A DNA stretch of 63,637 nucleotides, filler included, from Octopus bimaculoides (Eukaryota): the NCBI RefSeq assembly GCF_001194135.2. It is 6 parts of 5 records of this genome, joined end to end, with 100 filler letters (N's around TTAATTAATTAA, not from the genome) between each part and the next. Parts side by side here need not be neighbours in the genome. Positions count along the whole stretch, not along the records: positions 26,198 to 42,785 come from NC_068987.1; positions 42,886 to 55,388 come from NC_068996.1; positions 55,489 to 58,834 come from NC_068985.1; 3 more parts are not named here. The stretch is one strand, 5' to 3'. The notes beneath the pieces are model-generated. The model searched no databases and was not told the origin of the DNA. It saw nothing but the letters and a program-made list of their open reading frames with translations. The position numbers were made by a program, and so were the translations under genes. This document shows positions 42,496 through 55,978 of the stretch, piece by piece. Position 1 is the first letter of the stretch. Every line of letters starts with the position of its first letter.

Positions 42496-43811
42496 ATATT
42501 TGTACACTTGCACACATATGTACACATATTAAATTCTACAAGAAGCTGACTGCGTCTTCGAAGTTTCGGCTCAATAGCCGTCATCACAGGCATAGTATGC
42601 CAAAACATCGAAGTCACTGACAACATCTTCCATGTCAAAATTAATAAATGTATACGCTACTGAAAAGAATTTAGTGATCCGTCAATTTAATGCCATAGTG
42701 TTCTTTGTTTTTATATAGCAAACTGTACGTAAAAACAAACAATATACGTCTATATATACATACATATGTATGTGTGTATATATATNNNNNNNNNNNNNNN
42801 NNNNNNNNNNNNNNNNNNNNNNNNNNNNNTTAATTAATTAANNNNNNNNNNNNNNNNNNNNNNNNNNNNNNNNNNNNNNNNNNNNATATATACATATTTG
42901 CAGCCATGAGATAGCTTCGGTCTCAATATCCCTCGGCATGGCACTTTGCTTGAATTCTTTGCCTCGGTTTGATACCCAAGCATTGCGAGTGAATATGGAT
43001 GCATAGAAAATATATAGAAGCTGGTTGGATGGGTTGTTCCTCTAACTCAGTAGTTGAGTTTTGTCACACTAGTTCTGAGAATTAAAGGATAAAGCTTCTT
43101 CCTTGAGTCATATAGGTTCATAAGGCCAGTTTCCCGGTTTCTGTGCAACACGTTCTCTCCCTGAACAGGATGCCAGTCTATCACAAGATTACCCATTTTT
43201 GCCAGATGAGTGAATTTAAGAAACATGAAATGAACTGTTTGCGGAGGAACACTACGCAATGCTCAGTCCAGGAATCAAAACCACAATCTTATGATCATGA
43301 GTCCAACACACTAACCACTAAGCCATGCACCTCCACACCTGAGAATTACACCAAGGTACAGATGTCTGTAGTTGAAGGCTCAGTGGTGAGTGTCAAGCTC
43401 ACAATCATGAGGTAGTGAGTTCAATTCCCAGACTGGGCTGTGTCTTGTCTTCTTGAGCAAGACACTTTATTTCACATTGCTCCAGTTCATTCAGTTGTAA
43501 AAATGAGTTGCAACATCACTGGTGCCAAGCTGTATTAGCCTTTGCTTTTCAGGAATTTGGTATGCATGGGTGACTGCTGGTCTTCCATAGGCAACCTTGC
43601 CCAGACTTGTGCCTTGAAGGGGAACTTTCTAGGTGCAATCCCATGGTCATTAATGACTGAAGGGGGTCTTTATAGATGTCTGTGGAATACTCAACCATTT
43701 CATATGCTAATTCAGAGAGAAAGTAATTTAGTTTGACAGAATGTCAAAATTAGCAGGAGAGCTCACCATCAATTTTAGAATGGACAAAAAAAAAAAATAT
43801 GGTTTTTGTTT

Positions 43812-44031
43812 TTAAACCTTTCCAATGTAACCTGCCTGAGACCACCATTGGTTCTATGATACAAACTTCTTATTTTTTAAAGCAATCTAAATTAAAACCT
43901 TCCATCAAAATTTCATGTTAATTTATGTTCCAAATACCAGCTTAAAGTTATTTTACTTGAATTCATCATTATTTTCAAAATTTATTGAAAAGCCAGTGTA
44001 ATTCAACAGATATACGTTAACAGAGGGTTAA
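43812..44031. mobile_element. Degenerate piggyBac-like MITE with TTAA ends
   Basis: TTAA-accttt ... agaggg-TTAA. The internal sequence resembles a common octopus MITE as I recall it (recognition only, not a database hit). Confidence 0.5.
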
Positions 44032-44408
44032 TGACATGAATGATACACCATGGTGTGTATTCAACTGTATCGGTCATGTTCTGAGTGTAGGTGTGTATGT
44101 GCACGTGTGCAAGCATACGAGCCTCTCTGTGTGCATGCATACAAGCCTTTATATGTGTGTGCATGCAAGTGTATGAAAATGCTACTATGTAATTTGCAGT
44201 TCAGCTCAAGTATTTATTAACTGATTATGACCAGCCAACATAAGTGTCAATGTATGAACGAATAAGAATAAATTGCACACCATAACTATAACCTTGTAGC
44301 GTGAAAGGACAAACTACGCATTTTCATACACAGCTTAGCAGATACAGCATTGATCTATAATGTAGTTTATTTATTATAGCTGTGCTAATATTTTGCTTAT
44401 TCAAATAG

Positions 44409-44451
44409 GAGTGTTCTTCAGCACATATCATATCGCAGGACGATGGGTGGT
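44409..44451 (+). CDS. Candidate small exon of an unidentified gene (ECSSAHIISQDDGW)
   Basis: caaatag|GAG ... GGT|gtatgt; 43 nt, ends in phase 1, compatible with the 49500 candidate. No homology recognised. Confidence 0.3.
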
Positions 44452-45766
44452 GTATGTAATCAGGCTTAACATTTTTTCTTTCTTCTTCTTTAATTCAAGT
44501 GGATGCAAGCATGGCTGTGTGGTTTCAGGTTAAGTCTATCTGCGTGGTACATTGGACAAGTGATAACCAATACCTTGTAGAAGCTGGTAGACAGAAACTA
44601 TGTGGAAGCCTGTTATATGTGTGTTGTATATGTTGCTCACCATTTGACATTCTGTATCGGTTTGCTTCTGTCCCCATAACAGCAAAAGCAGAATTAATAC
44701 AATAAATGCAAGACTTAGTGCCAAGGCTGAGTTGATTATCTAAACCTTTCAGGATATGCTCCAGCATGGCCAGAATCCAACGACTGAAACAATTAGGAGA
44801 ATAATAAAAGAACTCTTTTACTTTTTACTTGTTTCAGTCATTTGACTGTTGCCATGCTGGAGCAACACCAAGGGTTTTAGTCGAACAAATAGACCTCAGG
44901 GCTTATTATTGGTCTCTTTTGCTGAACTGCTAGGTTAGGAGGAAGTAAACACACCAATAGCGGTTGTCAAGTGATAATGAGGAGACAAACAGACACACAT
45001 ACATAGATATATATGTATGTATGTGTATATATGTGTGTGTGTGTATATACATATATAAATCATCATCATCATCGTTTAACATCCACTTTCCATGCTAGCA
45101 TGGGTTGGACGATTTGACTGAGGACTGGTGCACCAGATGGCTACACCAGGCTCCAATCTGATTCGGCAGAGTTTCTACAGCTGGATGCCCTTCCTAAATA
45201 TATATATATATATATATATATATGATGAGCTTCTTTCAGTTTCTGTTTAGCAAATCCACTTACAAGGCTTTGGTCAGCCCAAGACTAGAGTAGAAGACAC
45301 CTGCCCAAGGTGCTACGCAATGAGACTGAACATGGAACCATGTGGTTGGGAAGGAAACTTCTTACCACACAGCCAGTGCTGTTTCTAATTTAAGTTCAAG
45401 GACACCAACTTTTTTTTGTGGTGTGGGTTTTGGAGGAGGATATAGCAAGTATGCCAATTACATCAAACCCAGTACATGACTGGTACTTTATTTATTGATA
45501 CCCCCCACCTCCCTAGAAAGAATGAAAAGCAAAGGATTTGAACTCAGAATGGGGGGGGAAAAAAGTGGCAGAGTTGTGAAAGAAAAAAAAGTATATTTCT
45601 TTTTTAGGCTCAGATATGGCCATGTGGTTAAGAATTTGGATTTGCAAACACATGGTTTTGGGTTCAGTTGCACTGCCCATCACTTTGGGCAAGTATCTTC
45701 TATTATAGCTCTGGGCCAATCAATAGCTTGTGAATGAATTTGGTAGACATACTGTGTGGAAGCCAG

Positions 45767-45809
<43 letters not shown>

Positions 45810-46339
45810 CATACATCTATATGTGTGTGTCTTTGTGTCTGTTTGTCCCCCCACTACCACTGCTTCAGAACCAGTATTGGTTTCTTTGTATCCCCGTAAC
45901 TTAGAAATTTGGCAAAAAAGACAAATAGAATAAGTACCAGACTTAAAAAGACAAATACATTGAGGCATTGTCTGATAGGATGATGCCTTTCCTGTCACTA
46001 ACCCTCTTCTATTTTACAATGGCTTTGATGGTATGAAGCAAGTGGGTGATTTATTGACAAGAGTTCTATTCTGTGAATATTGTGGCATTCATAAAAACAG
46101 GCAGCAGATGTACAGCAACACACACACACTCAAACAAAACAAGTTTCTATCAGCCAAATCCAACCGGAAGGCTTTGGTCAGTCTGTGACTATAGTAGAAG
46201 ACATGCACTAAAACTAAGCTTGAAGCCATTTGGTTGCAAACTGAATTGAGCTTTATATTCATGCCTGTGCCTATAATACATAATAAATTTGCTATTTCAA
46301 TAAACATGTTCTCATTTATCTCAAAATTCTGACATGTAT

Positions 46340-47060
46340 TGAGCAGGTCAAGTGTGTGATGTGGGAGGTAAGAGGTGGATCAAGTGTGTAATGTGGGGCA
46401 TGGGCTGTGATTAATGTGGGGTGTAGATCAAGAGCGTGGAGATGCAATGGCCCAGTGGTTAGGGCAGTGGACTCGCGGTCATAGGATCACGGTTTCGATT
46501 CCCAGACCGGGCGTTGTGAGTGCTTATTGAGCGAAAACACCTAAAGCTCCACAAGGTTCCGGCAGGGGATGGTGGTGAACCCTGCTGTACTCTTTCACCA
46601 CAACTTTTACTTTTACTTCCTGTTTCTGTTGTGCCTGTAATTCAAAGGGTCAGCCTTGTCACACTGTGTCACGCTGAATATCCCCGAGAACTACGTTAAG
46701 GTTACACGTGTCTGTGGAGTGCTCAGCCACTTGCACGTTAATTTCAGGAGCAGGCTGTTCCGTTGATCGGATCAACTGGAACCCTCGTCGTCGTAAGCGA
46801 CGGAGTGCCAACAGATCAAGAGTGTAATGTGGGACATGAGTCGAGTGTGTAATGTAAAAAGTGGGTCAAGTGTATAATGTGAGAGGTAGGTCAAGTGTGC
46901 AATGTGGGGCATGGGTCAAGTGCATATAGGATGTGGGTCAAGTGTGTAATGTGGGAGGTAGGTCAAGCGTATAATGTGGTAGGTAGGTCGAGTTTGTAAA
47001 TGTTGGAGGTGGGTCAAGTGTGTAACGTGGGACATGGGTCAAGTGCATAGTGTGGGATGT
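46340..47060. repeat. ~25-bp degenerate minisatellite (ggtcaagtgtgtaatgtggg...) interrupted by a SINE
   Basis: More than 10 recurrences of ggtcaagtg across both sides of the SINE. Confidence 0.8.
46435..46812 (+). mobile_element. tRNA-derived SINE (family A), full length, with 10-bp TSD, inserted in a minisatellite
   Basis: Flanked by agatcaagag at 46425-46434 and 46813-46822. Confidence 0.9.
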
Positions 47061-47393
47061 GGATGAAATGTGTAGTATGAGCAGTGGGATAAGCTTGAGT
47101 GCGACACGATTGCTGAAGTAAGTCTAGCAGTAATGTGTGTGTGTGTGCGTGTGGTGGATAGATCAAGAATGTAATGTGAGTGACAAGTCAAGAGTGTAAT
47201 ATGAGTGATAAGGTGTATGGTGATAGGGTGAAACAATGTACGTTGTGTCAGCAGAAAAAAAAAAAAAACTGAAACATGATTATTATAAGTCTATTGTGCA
47301 GTGTGTGCTGTGCCAGATCACATATCCTTCATGTGTACATATATAATATAGGTTAATGTGCTGGTGTATCTCAGGCAGGCAACATGGTTATGG

Positions 47394-47602
47394 TATAGTA
47401 TATAATAAGACAGCAGGGTAATGCTGTTTAGTAGGAGAGGTTAAGAAGGTAAAGGAGGAGGGTGAAATGCTGTAACTGAATAAATTAAATTAAGAAATCT
47501 CTAAACTTCACTTAATTTATTCAGTTACATTTCGCCCTCCTCTTCTACCTTCCTAATCTCTCTTACTAACGCCGTTTACCCTGTTGTCTTTACTGTACTA
47601 TA
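47394..47602. mobile_element. Palindromic MITE (Tc1/pogo-like TA-CAGTAAA end)
   Basis: The left arm 47394-~47490 is reverse-complementary to the right arm ~47510-47602 with scattered transitions. The right end reads TA CAGTAAAGAC on the minus strand. Confidence 0.7.
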
Positions 47603-49499
47603 TAATGAGTTGTGCCAGGTCAAATATCCTACATGAGTGTATGGCAGTTGACATGTTTGTTACTCAAAAGTCAACATCTCAATGCAAGCTGATGAAAATC
47701 CCACATATACCTATGTATTTAAGCTGATTATGAATATAGAGTAACAGTAGTAAAGTGTCGCAATACTTATTTCTAACCAGTAGCAGTTGAATCTGTGTTT
47801 TAGACCTTCAGTACAATAACAGACCTTAAGGATCTATTTCTCCTGTTTTACTCATGTTTCCATATTTTTACATTTATATAGAATATACTAGTGATATAGG
47901 TAGTAATAATTAAGTGAAAAAATACTAAGAAGAACAACAGTAATGAATGATGACAGTGATGATGGCGGTGGTGGTGGTGACAGTGACAGTGACAATCGAG
48001 GCAGAATTGTTAGAGCCTGCCAAAAATCACACAAAATGCCTTGTGGTATTATTTATTTCCTTATTTCCAGCTCTTTACATCATAAGTTCAAATCCCACCA
48101 GGGTCAACATTGCCTTTCACCCCAACCCCCATCAGGGTTAATGAAATGACATACCAGCCAAGTATTGAGGGTCATTGGTAGTGACTAAACCGTTTGCATT
48201 AGAGCTGCCGGCCTTGTGCCTAAATTAGAAATGACGATGATGATGATGATGGTGGTGGTGATTTAGGTCATTAGAATTTAATTGTACAAAACAACACCCA
48301 CCTTCCCTTTTTGTCATAATCCTTCACGTTAATGTTGTGTGTAACCCAGTTTTAGAATAAGGTGCACCGTAACCCTTGTGTGTTGTATAAGAGGTGAAAA
48401 AAAGGTTGACATCATCAAGAACAGCATTTGACCATAAAGCACTGCCCTCAAAAAAAAAACAGGAGACCCATGATAAGTTATGATTAATACTCATGTGGCA
48501 GGGAGGTGGATGACAGAAGATTGAAAATGATGAACCTTGCTTTAGCAGGAAAAAAAAAACTAAAAACTAAAAAGGAAACATAATAAAAAAAAAACGGCCT
48601 TCAAACGATAGATGTTGTAATCTTTCGTGTCACGCCATTCAATGGGGGTGGAGATGGGGGAAGAGAGGAGGATGGGGCAGATCTGTTTTGTTTTGGGTTT
48701 TAACAATCTCTATTCAGTAGAAGAGAAGATAAGGGAAAAAGATAAGCATGAAAGAAGGAGAGAAAAGGAATAATGAAATGAAGGAAAGAAAGAGAAAGAG
48801 AGAAATGGAAAGGAAAGGAAAGGAAAATAAGTGGGAAGAAGGAAAGAGAAAGGGGGAGAAGAGAAAAGGAGAATGCTATTGGTCTCCGAGTAAAACATGA
48901 ATATGAAGTTGGTTTGACAGAGCTACAACCAGATAGGTAGACAATAAGACAGTCAGATATATATGTGTGCATGTGAGTATATATATATATATATATATAT
49001 ATATATNNNNNNNNNNNNNNNNNNNNNNNNNNNNNNNNNNNNNNNNNNNNNNNNNNNNNNNNNNNNNNNNNNNNNNNNNNNNNNNNNNNNNNNNNNNNNN
49101 NNNNNNNNNNNNNNNNNNNNNNNNNNNNNNNNNNNNNNNNNNNNNNNNNNNNNNNNNNNNNNNNNNNNNNNNNNNNNNNNNNNNNNNNNNNNNNNNNNNN
49201 NNNNNNNNNNNNNNNNNNNNNNNNNNNNNNNNNNNNNNNNNNNNNNNNNNNNNNNNNNNNNNNNNNNNNNNNNNNNNNNNNNNNNNNNNNNNNNNNNNNN
49301 NNNNNNNNNNNNNNNNNNNNNNNNNNNNNNNNNNNNNNNNNNNNNNNNNNNNNNNNNNNNNNNNNNNNNNNNNNNNNNNNNNNNNNNNNNNNNNNNNNNN
49401 NNNNNNNNNNNNNTATATATATATATATATATATTCATGTTAGTGCCAAGCAGTGTTTAGGCATAACCAAAGTTTAGGTTAGTTAAAATATTTCAACAG

Positions 49500-49552
49500 C
49501 TAGAAAACAAATTCACTGCAGCAGTTACTGTAGAGAAAATTTTTCTCTTGTG
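49500..49552 (+). CDS. Candidate small exon of an unidentified gene ((S)RKQIHCSSYCRENFSLV)
   Basis: tttcaacag|CT phase-1 start; donor GTG|gtaaaa (alternative AAG|gtgtga at 49561). The frame is open. Confidence 0.3.
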
Positions 49553-49658
49553 GTAAAAAGGTGTGAAAACACCCTAACTGTTCAGCATCACCATATATCA
49601 GGATTCCCAAGAGCAAGGAGATGTGTGTGTATATATATATATATATATATACCACTAT

Positions 49659-49727
<69 letters not shown>

Positions 49728-51614
49728 CAGACAGATAGATAGATATAGACTAGTGTTTCTCAAGCATTTTTGTCTCTCATTCCACTTTGATATTCAAAAA
49801 AATGTGCCACCACTATGACTGGACAAATTATTTAACATACATGCATAGATACACACATTTATTGAAAAGTGGTTTTAATTAAAACTTAATGGCAAGTTTT
49901 ATTCACTTGCTGACAATCTGACAACCAAACACCATTCCAACCATTATTCTATGTAATGCACCCATCTTTCTATGATAAAGTATTCATTCAAAGACCACTT
50001 GTTTATTGAAGGGGAAAGAGTAGGGGTGGGCTTTACATTTTATATTTAAAAGAAAGAACAGTTGGCAACTACTACATATATATATTACACACATATATGT
50101 AGTAAAAGTGCATGGTTCAGTTGTTAGAGCATCAGGCTCACAATCATTAGGTAGTGAGTTCGATTCTCAGACCAGGCTGTGTGTTGTGTTCTTTTGAGCA
50201 AGACACTTTATTTCACATTGCACAAATTCACACAGCTGTTGAAATGAGTTGTGATGTCACTAGTGCCAAGCCATATCAGCCTTTGCCTTTCCCTTGGATA
50301 ACATTCGCGGTGTCAAGAAGGCTTCTAGATGTTATGCTTTTATTGGCCAGCTTAGGTTATGTGGTGTTAATGCTGTGAAAACAACACCAGCTATTTTCTT
50401 TATTCTTAGGTACACATGCTTGGACAGGATATTGGTAGGATATTGGTGCCACTTTGGCATCAGGCTTCAGTGTACTGTGTGTGTGTGTTGTGTGTGTGCA
50501 TATTCTTTTATTCTTTTACTTGTTTCAGTCATTTGGTTGCGATCATGTTGGAGCACCGCCTTTAGTCAAGTAAATCAACCCCAAGACTTATTCTTTGTAA
50601 GTCTAGTACTTATTCTATTGGTCTCTTTTGCCAAACCGCTAAGTTACGGGGACGTAAACACACCAGCATTGGTTGTCAAGCGATGTTGGGGGACAAATAT
50701 AGACACACTATATATATATATATATATATGACAAGTGACTGAGACCTTTGGTGATATGCTGTGCTTGAGAAGACTTGTCAATGCCAGTGTCACGTAACTG
50801 GCACATAAAAGCACCCATTATACTCTTGGAGTGGTTGGCGCTAGGAAGGGCATCCAACCTTTGAAACCATGCCAAATCAGACTGGAACTTGGTGCAGCTC
50901 TCTAGCTTACCAGTTCCAGTCAAACTATCTAACCCATGCCAGCATGGAAAGCAGATGCTAGATGATGATGATGATGCATTACACGCACACACACATTTTT
51001 CTGTGCAGACTAGTTGATGCCTTGCAAACATCTGTCCAGCTATTTTTTAATATTTTAATTGCACAACCTATACATTGCCTATAACCCATTCGTCTCCACA
51101 GATCCTGTGTCCCTTCATTCTATATCATATTTTAGGCAAAATGTGTCTGGTCTGAGCACAAACTATGTGTACCTATTGCATATTTTTTTGACATTTTCTT
51201 CCCTATAAATATATATATATATATATATATAAACACATAAAAGCACATGATGTTAATAGTGTTACTGGGGTGGGTGGGTTAGTTGGTCAAGAGGTGGAAA
51301 TAAAGGAGAAGGTGGTGCTGGTGCTGGTGTAGTAATAACGATGGTATGATAGAGTAGAAATGTTTTCATACCAACAATATGTGCAAAGAGTGTTTTCACA
51401 TGACAAAAGCCTCAAGATAACCTGATATGGCAGGTGTTTATCTGTGTTTGGTTTCATAATAAATTTTAATTAAGACCAGGTAAGACGTAATGAAAAAAAT
51501 AAAAGCAGGTTATAGAGAGAGAGCTCTCTATTATAATAATTAAATAAAACAAAACAAAAATAACAATATTATTAAAAATAATAGCAATAGAAGTTATATT
51601 AATATAAAATAATT

Positions 51615-51916
51615 TTGCTACTGCTTATAATAATTTTACTAATTTTCATACTACTACTACTACTACTATTACTACTACAACAACAACTACTACTATTACT
51701 ACTACAACAACAACTACTACTATTACTACTACTACAACTACTACTATTACTACTACTACTACAACAACTACTACTATTACTACTACTACTACAACAACTA
51801 CTACTATTACTACTACTACTACAACAACTACTACTATTACTACTACTACTACAACAACTACTACTATTACTACTACTACTACAACAACTACTACTATTAC
51901 TACTACTACAACAACA

Positions 51917-52000
<84 letters not shown>
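51615..52000. repeat. (CTA/CAA/TTA)n compound microsatellite with a 30-bp higher-order period
   Basis: tactactactacaacaactactactattac repeats exactly several times between ~51751 and 51900. Confidence 0.9.
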
Positions 52001-53636
52001 CCTTTCTACTAAAAGGTACTAGGTCTGAAATTTTGGAGGAGGAGAGGACTAGTCAATTACGCTGACCACAGTGTTTCACTGGTACTTAATTTATCAACCC
52101 TGAAAGAATGAAAGGTAAAGTTGACCTTAGCAGAATTTGAACCCAGAACATAAAGAGAAATGCCACTAAGCATTTTGCCCAGCGTGCTAACAATTCTGCC
52201 AGCTAGTCTTATTATTATAATTATTAATAATAATAATAATAATCCTTTCTACTATAAGCACAAAACCTGAAATTTGGGGTGAGGGGACTAGTTCAGCTAG
52301 TACTTATTTCATCAACCCTAAATGGAGGCAAAAAGCAAAAGTCGACCTTGATGGAAGTTAAACTCAGACAAAAATCTGCCAAGTATTTAATCTGGCATAA
52401 CAATTTTGCCAATAAATAATGGTTTCCAACTTTTAGCACCAGACCAGTAATTTTAAAGGGAGGGGGTTTAGTTGATGATAATAACTCCAGTGTAGGCCTT
52501 GTACAATATTTTATTGAGCCTCGAAAGACAAGAGGTAAAGTTTACCTTGGTGATATTTGAACTTGGAATGTGAAGAGTTGGAAGAACTGCAAAGCTTTTT
52601 GTCCAACAGGCTAATGACTCCACCAGCACAAGGCCAATAACTTTGAAGAGATTAGCGGGGAGGGGGGGGGGTTAATTACAATGACCCCCCAGTACTTGAC
52701 TAGTACTTTATTATATTGACTCACACCCACACCCCATGAGGATGAAAGGCCAAAATCGATTTTGGTAGCATTTAAACTCAGAATTGGGAAAGCTAGAAGA
52801 TATGCCACTTCTAAGTCAAAGAAAAGCGGCACGGCAGTTTTTCAAGACAGAGCAGCAGCAGCAACAGTGATACCACCACCACCACAAACAATGATCTTGC
52901 TAATTATTGTTGAGGATTTGGAAACTGAAACAAACTATTTGAGAGCAAAGTTAGAGATTAATCTTAGGAGTGGGTGTATAACAGACAACTTGTATACTTG
53001 TTTCTGCAAGAACTATCCAGAGATACAAATACAAAGTATGAAGAGATATAAAGAACAACTAAAAATTTTTTATGGAAGTTAAAAACCAAAAAAAAAAAAA
53101 GTAAAAAAAAAAAAATCGTTCTTCATCCAAGACTGTAAATTGGGTTTGATAGGAAGAATATTTAAATAACTTCATATAATAATAGTAATAATCCTTTCTA
53201 CTATAGACACAAGGCCTGAAAATTGGGGGCAGGGGCTAGTCAATTACATCGACCCTTGTTCTCAGTTGGTACTCAATTTATTGACCTCAAAAGGATGAAA
53301 GACAAAGTCAACATCAGTGAAATTTGAACTCAGAATGTGAGGACAGATGATGTACTGCTTAAGCATTTTGCCAGGAATGCTAACGATTCTGCCTGCTCAC
53401 TGACTTAATAATAATAATAATAATAATCCTTTCCACTATAGGAACAAAAACCTGAAATCTGGGAAGTGCAGAAAGAAGGTTAATTATATCAATCTTGACT
53501 GGCACTTATTTTAACAAACTTGAAAGGGTGAAAGACAAAATTGGCCAAGGCAGAATTTGAACTCAGATTGTCAAGTCAAAAGAAACACTGCTAAACATTA
53601 TGTCTGGCATGCTAATGATTTTGTCATCTTGCCACC

Positions 53637-53690
<54 letters not shown>

Positions 53691-54185
53691 GTTTCAAATT
53701 TTGGCACAAGGCCAGCAATTTTGGGAGAGGTAAGTCAATGAAAAGCAAAGCCAACTTTGACAGAATTTGAACTCAGAACGTAGTGATTGGCAAAATGCTA
53801 ATGATTCAGCCAGCCCACTACCTTCATAATGATGATGATGATGATGATGATAATGATGATGATTGACTCACCTGTCAAAGACAACGTATGAGTGTTCAAC
53901 TTTTTTACCGAACGACCTGCACAAATGATTTGCTTACAGTGATCAAAATGTATGTGCCATACTTTAACTTGCTCCCTCTATCAAATCAATTTTGCCTAGA
54001 CAAGTGCACAGTGTGCCACACGTCAGGTATCAAAGAAAGAGATCACAAAGCAACATGAGAAGAAGTTATTTTGCTCAAGAACACAATGCATCGTCCAGTC
54101 TAGGAATTGAAATCATGATCTAGTGATGCTGAGTGCAACACCCTAACCACTATCCCATGCGTTCTCAATGATGATGATGAAAATG

Positions 54186-54218
<33 letters not shown>

Positions 54219-54350
54219 TGCTATTCAAATTTTGGCTCAATGCCAGCAATTTTACAGGAGGGCTAAGTCAATTACATCAACTCCCAGTATTGAAAGGATG
54301 AAAGGTTGACCTGAGTAGAAACTGAACTTAGAATGTGAGGAGCTGGAAAA
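51998..54350 (-). mobile_element. Cluster of about 8 degenerate family-B SINE copies, all in the same orientation, mostly separated by (TAA)n/(TGA)n
   Basis: Repeated aatcctttctacta...cctgaaa...gaaaggatgaaag..aaagt.gacct...gaatttgaactcagaa blocks near 51998, 52241, 52420, 52627, 53189, 53427, 53690 and 54220. Confidence 0.8.
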
Positions 54351-54356
54351 AGTTAA

Positions 54357-54417
<61 letters not shown>

Positions 54418-55034
54418 ATTATGACCAGTAGGAGGAAGGTAGTTGTTAGGATAATAATTTAGAAGAATATCACCGTCCACAAGTGCAACAATAATGGTAC
54501 TGCCACTACCACAGATGATGACAACAACAAGAAGAACAAGTGTGTGCGGAAAATCTTTCTTGAAAACCTAGTTATAGAAGTAACAAACACTGCTACAGTT
54601 ACCGTTGGTCAGTTTATTATACTGTACAGACACAATGGTAAGTCAATAAGTACAGATACTATTATTACTACAGCTGCTGCCTGTATTGCTACAGCTACAG
54701 CCAGTGATTGACTGCAAAACTCGTGAGGAATTTGGTACAAAGTGATCTCAGTACTTAACTATTTTTAAGCCTAGTACGTTTATTCTATCCTACTCTTTTT
54801 GCCAAAAACCCCTACATTATAGGGACACGAAGAAACCAATATTGGTTGTCATGCACTGGTAGGTGAAAAACCCACGCACAGATATATACATATATTTTCT
54901 TTCGGTTTCTGTCCACCAAATTTGAACACAAGGCTTTCGTTGGCCAGGTGCTATATAGTAGAAGACATTTGCTGGCACTGAACCCAAAACCATGAGGCAG
55001 AAAGAGAAACTTCTTACCACACACCCACACCTAC

Positions 55035-55077
<43 letters not shown>

Positions 55078-55216
55078 ATATATGTATATATAGAGCATTG
55101 TATTACAATAGAAGACTATAGCAATAGAAATTTAATTATAACACTAAACATCAATAATATTAATAACAAAGATATTGACTAATCCTACAACTATTGAATT
55201 TGTCCTAATATTTCAG

Positions 55217-55279
55217 GTAAAATACCACTTTTCAGAGGTATTACGACAAGAGGTGGAGGGAAATACACCTGTTAAATTG
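55217..55279 (+). CDS. Candidate exon of an unidentified gene (VKYHFSEVLRQEVEGNTPVKL)
   Basis: atttcag|GTA ... TTG|gtatgc; 63 nt, phase 0 to 0, normal-complexity peptide. Confidence 0.4.
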
Positions 55280-55343
55280 GTATGCTGCTTTTGTGCATAA
55301 TACATATGTAATACATTATGCATAATATATAAGTAAAACAATA

Positions 55344-55388
<45 letters not shown>

Positions 55389-55978
55389 NNNNNNNNNNNN
55401 NNNNNNNNNNNNNNNNNNNNNNNNNNNNNNNNTTAATTAATTAANNNNNNNNNNNNNNNNNNNNNNNNNNNNNNNNNNNNNNNNNNNNAGGAAACAAAAC
55501 TTCTTTTCTGAAATTTTAATATAAAAAAAAGGATAAATGCTACATGAAAGTTCTTTTTATTTTCTTTTCTATATCTGTTCCAATTAGAGGTTATATAGTA
55601 CGTGTTAGCTGGTCACTTTCTTTACCTGAAAGTCCTGAATTTCTTGATTGTCTCTTAAACATTTACAGATGTGTATAAGGGAACCATTAATTACTGAAAT
55701 AATGTCAATTTATAAACATAGGGAAGCTGCTGATTTCGTTGATATTGGCTTCAAAGTTTGGTACAGGACCAGCAATTTCGTGGGAGGGTGTAAGTCGATT
55801 ACATCGACCCCAATGTTCAATTGGTACTTATTTCATCGGCCCCGAAAGGATGAAAGACAAAGTCGACCTCGGCAGAATTTTAACTCAAAACATAAAGACA
55901 GACGAAATAGACTGCGATTGTGCCAGCTCACCAGCTTATCTTTCTCAACAATATTAAAAGAAATTCACATATCTACAG

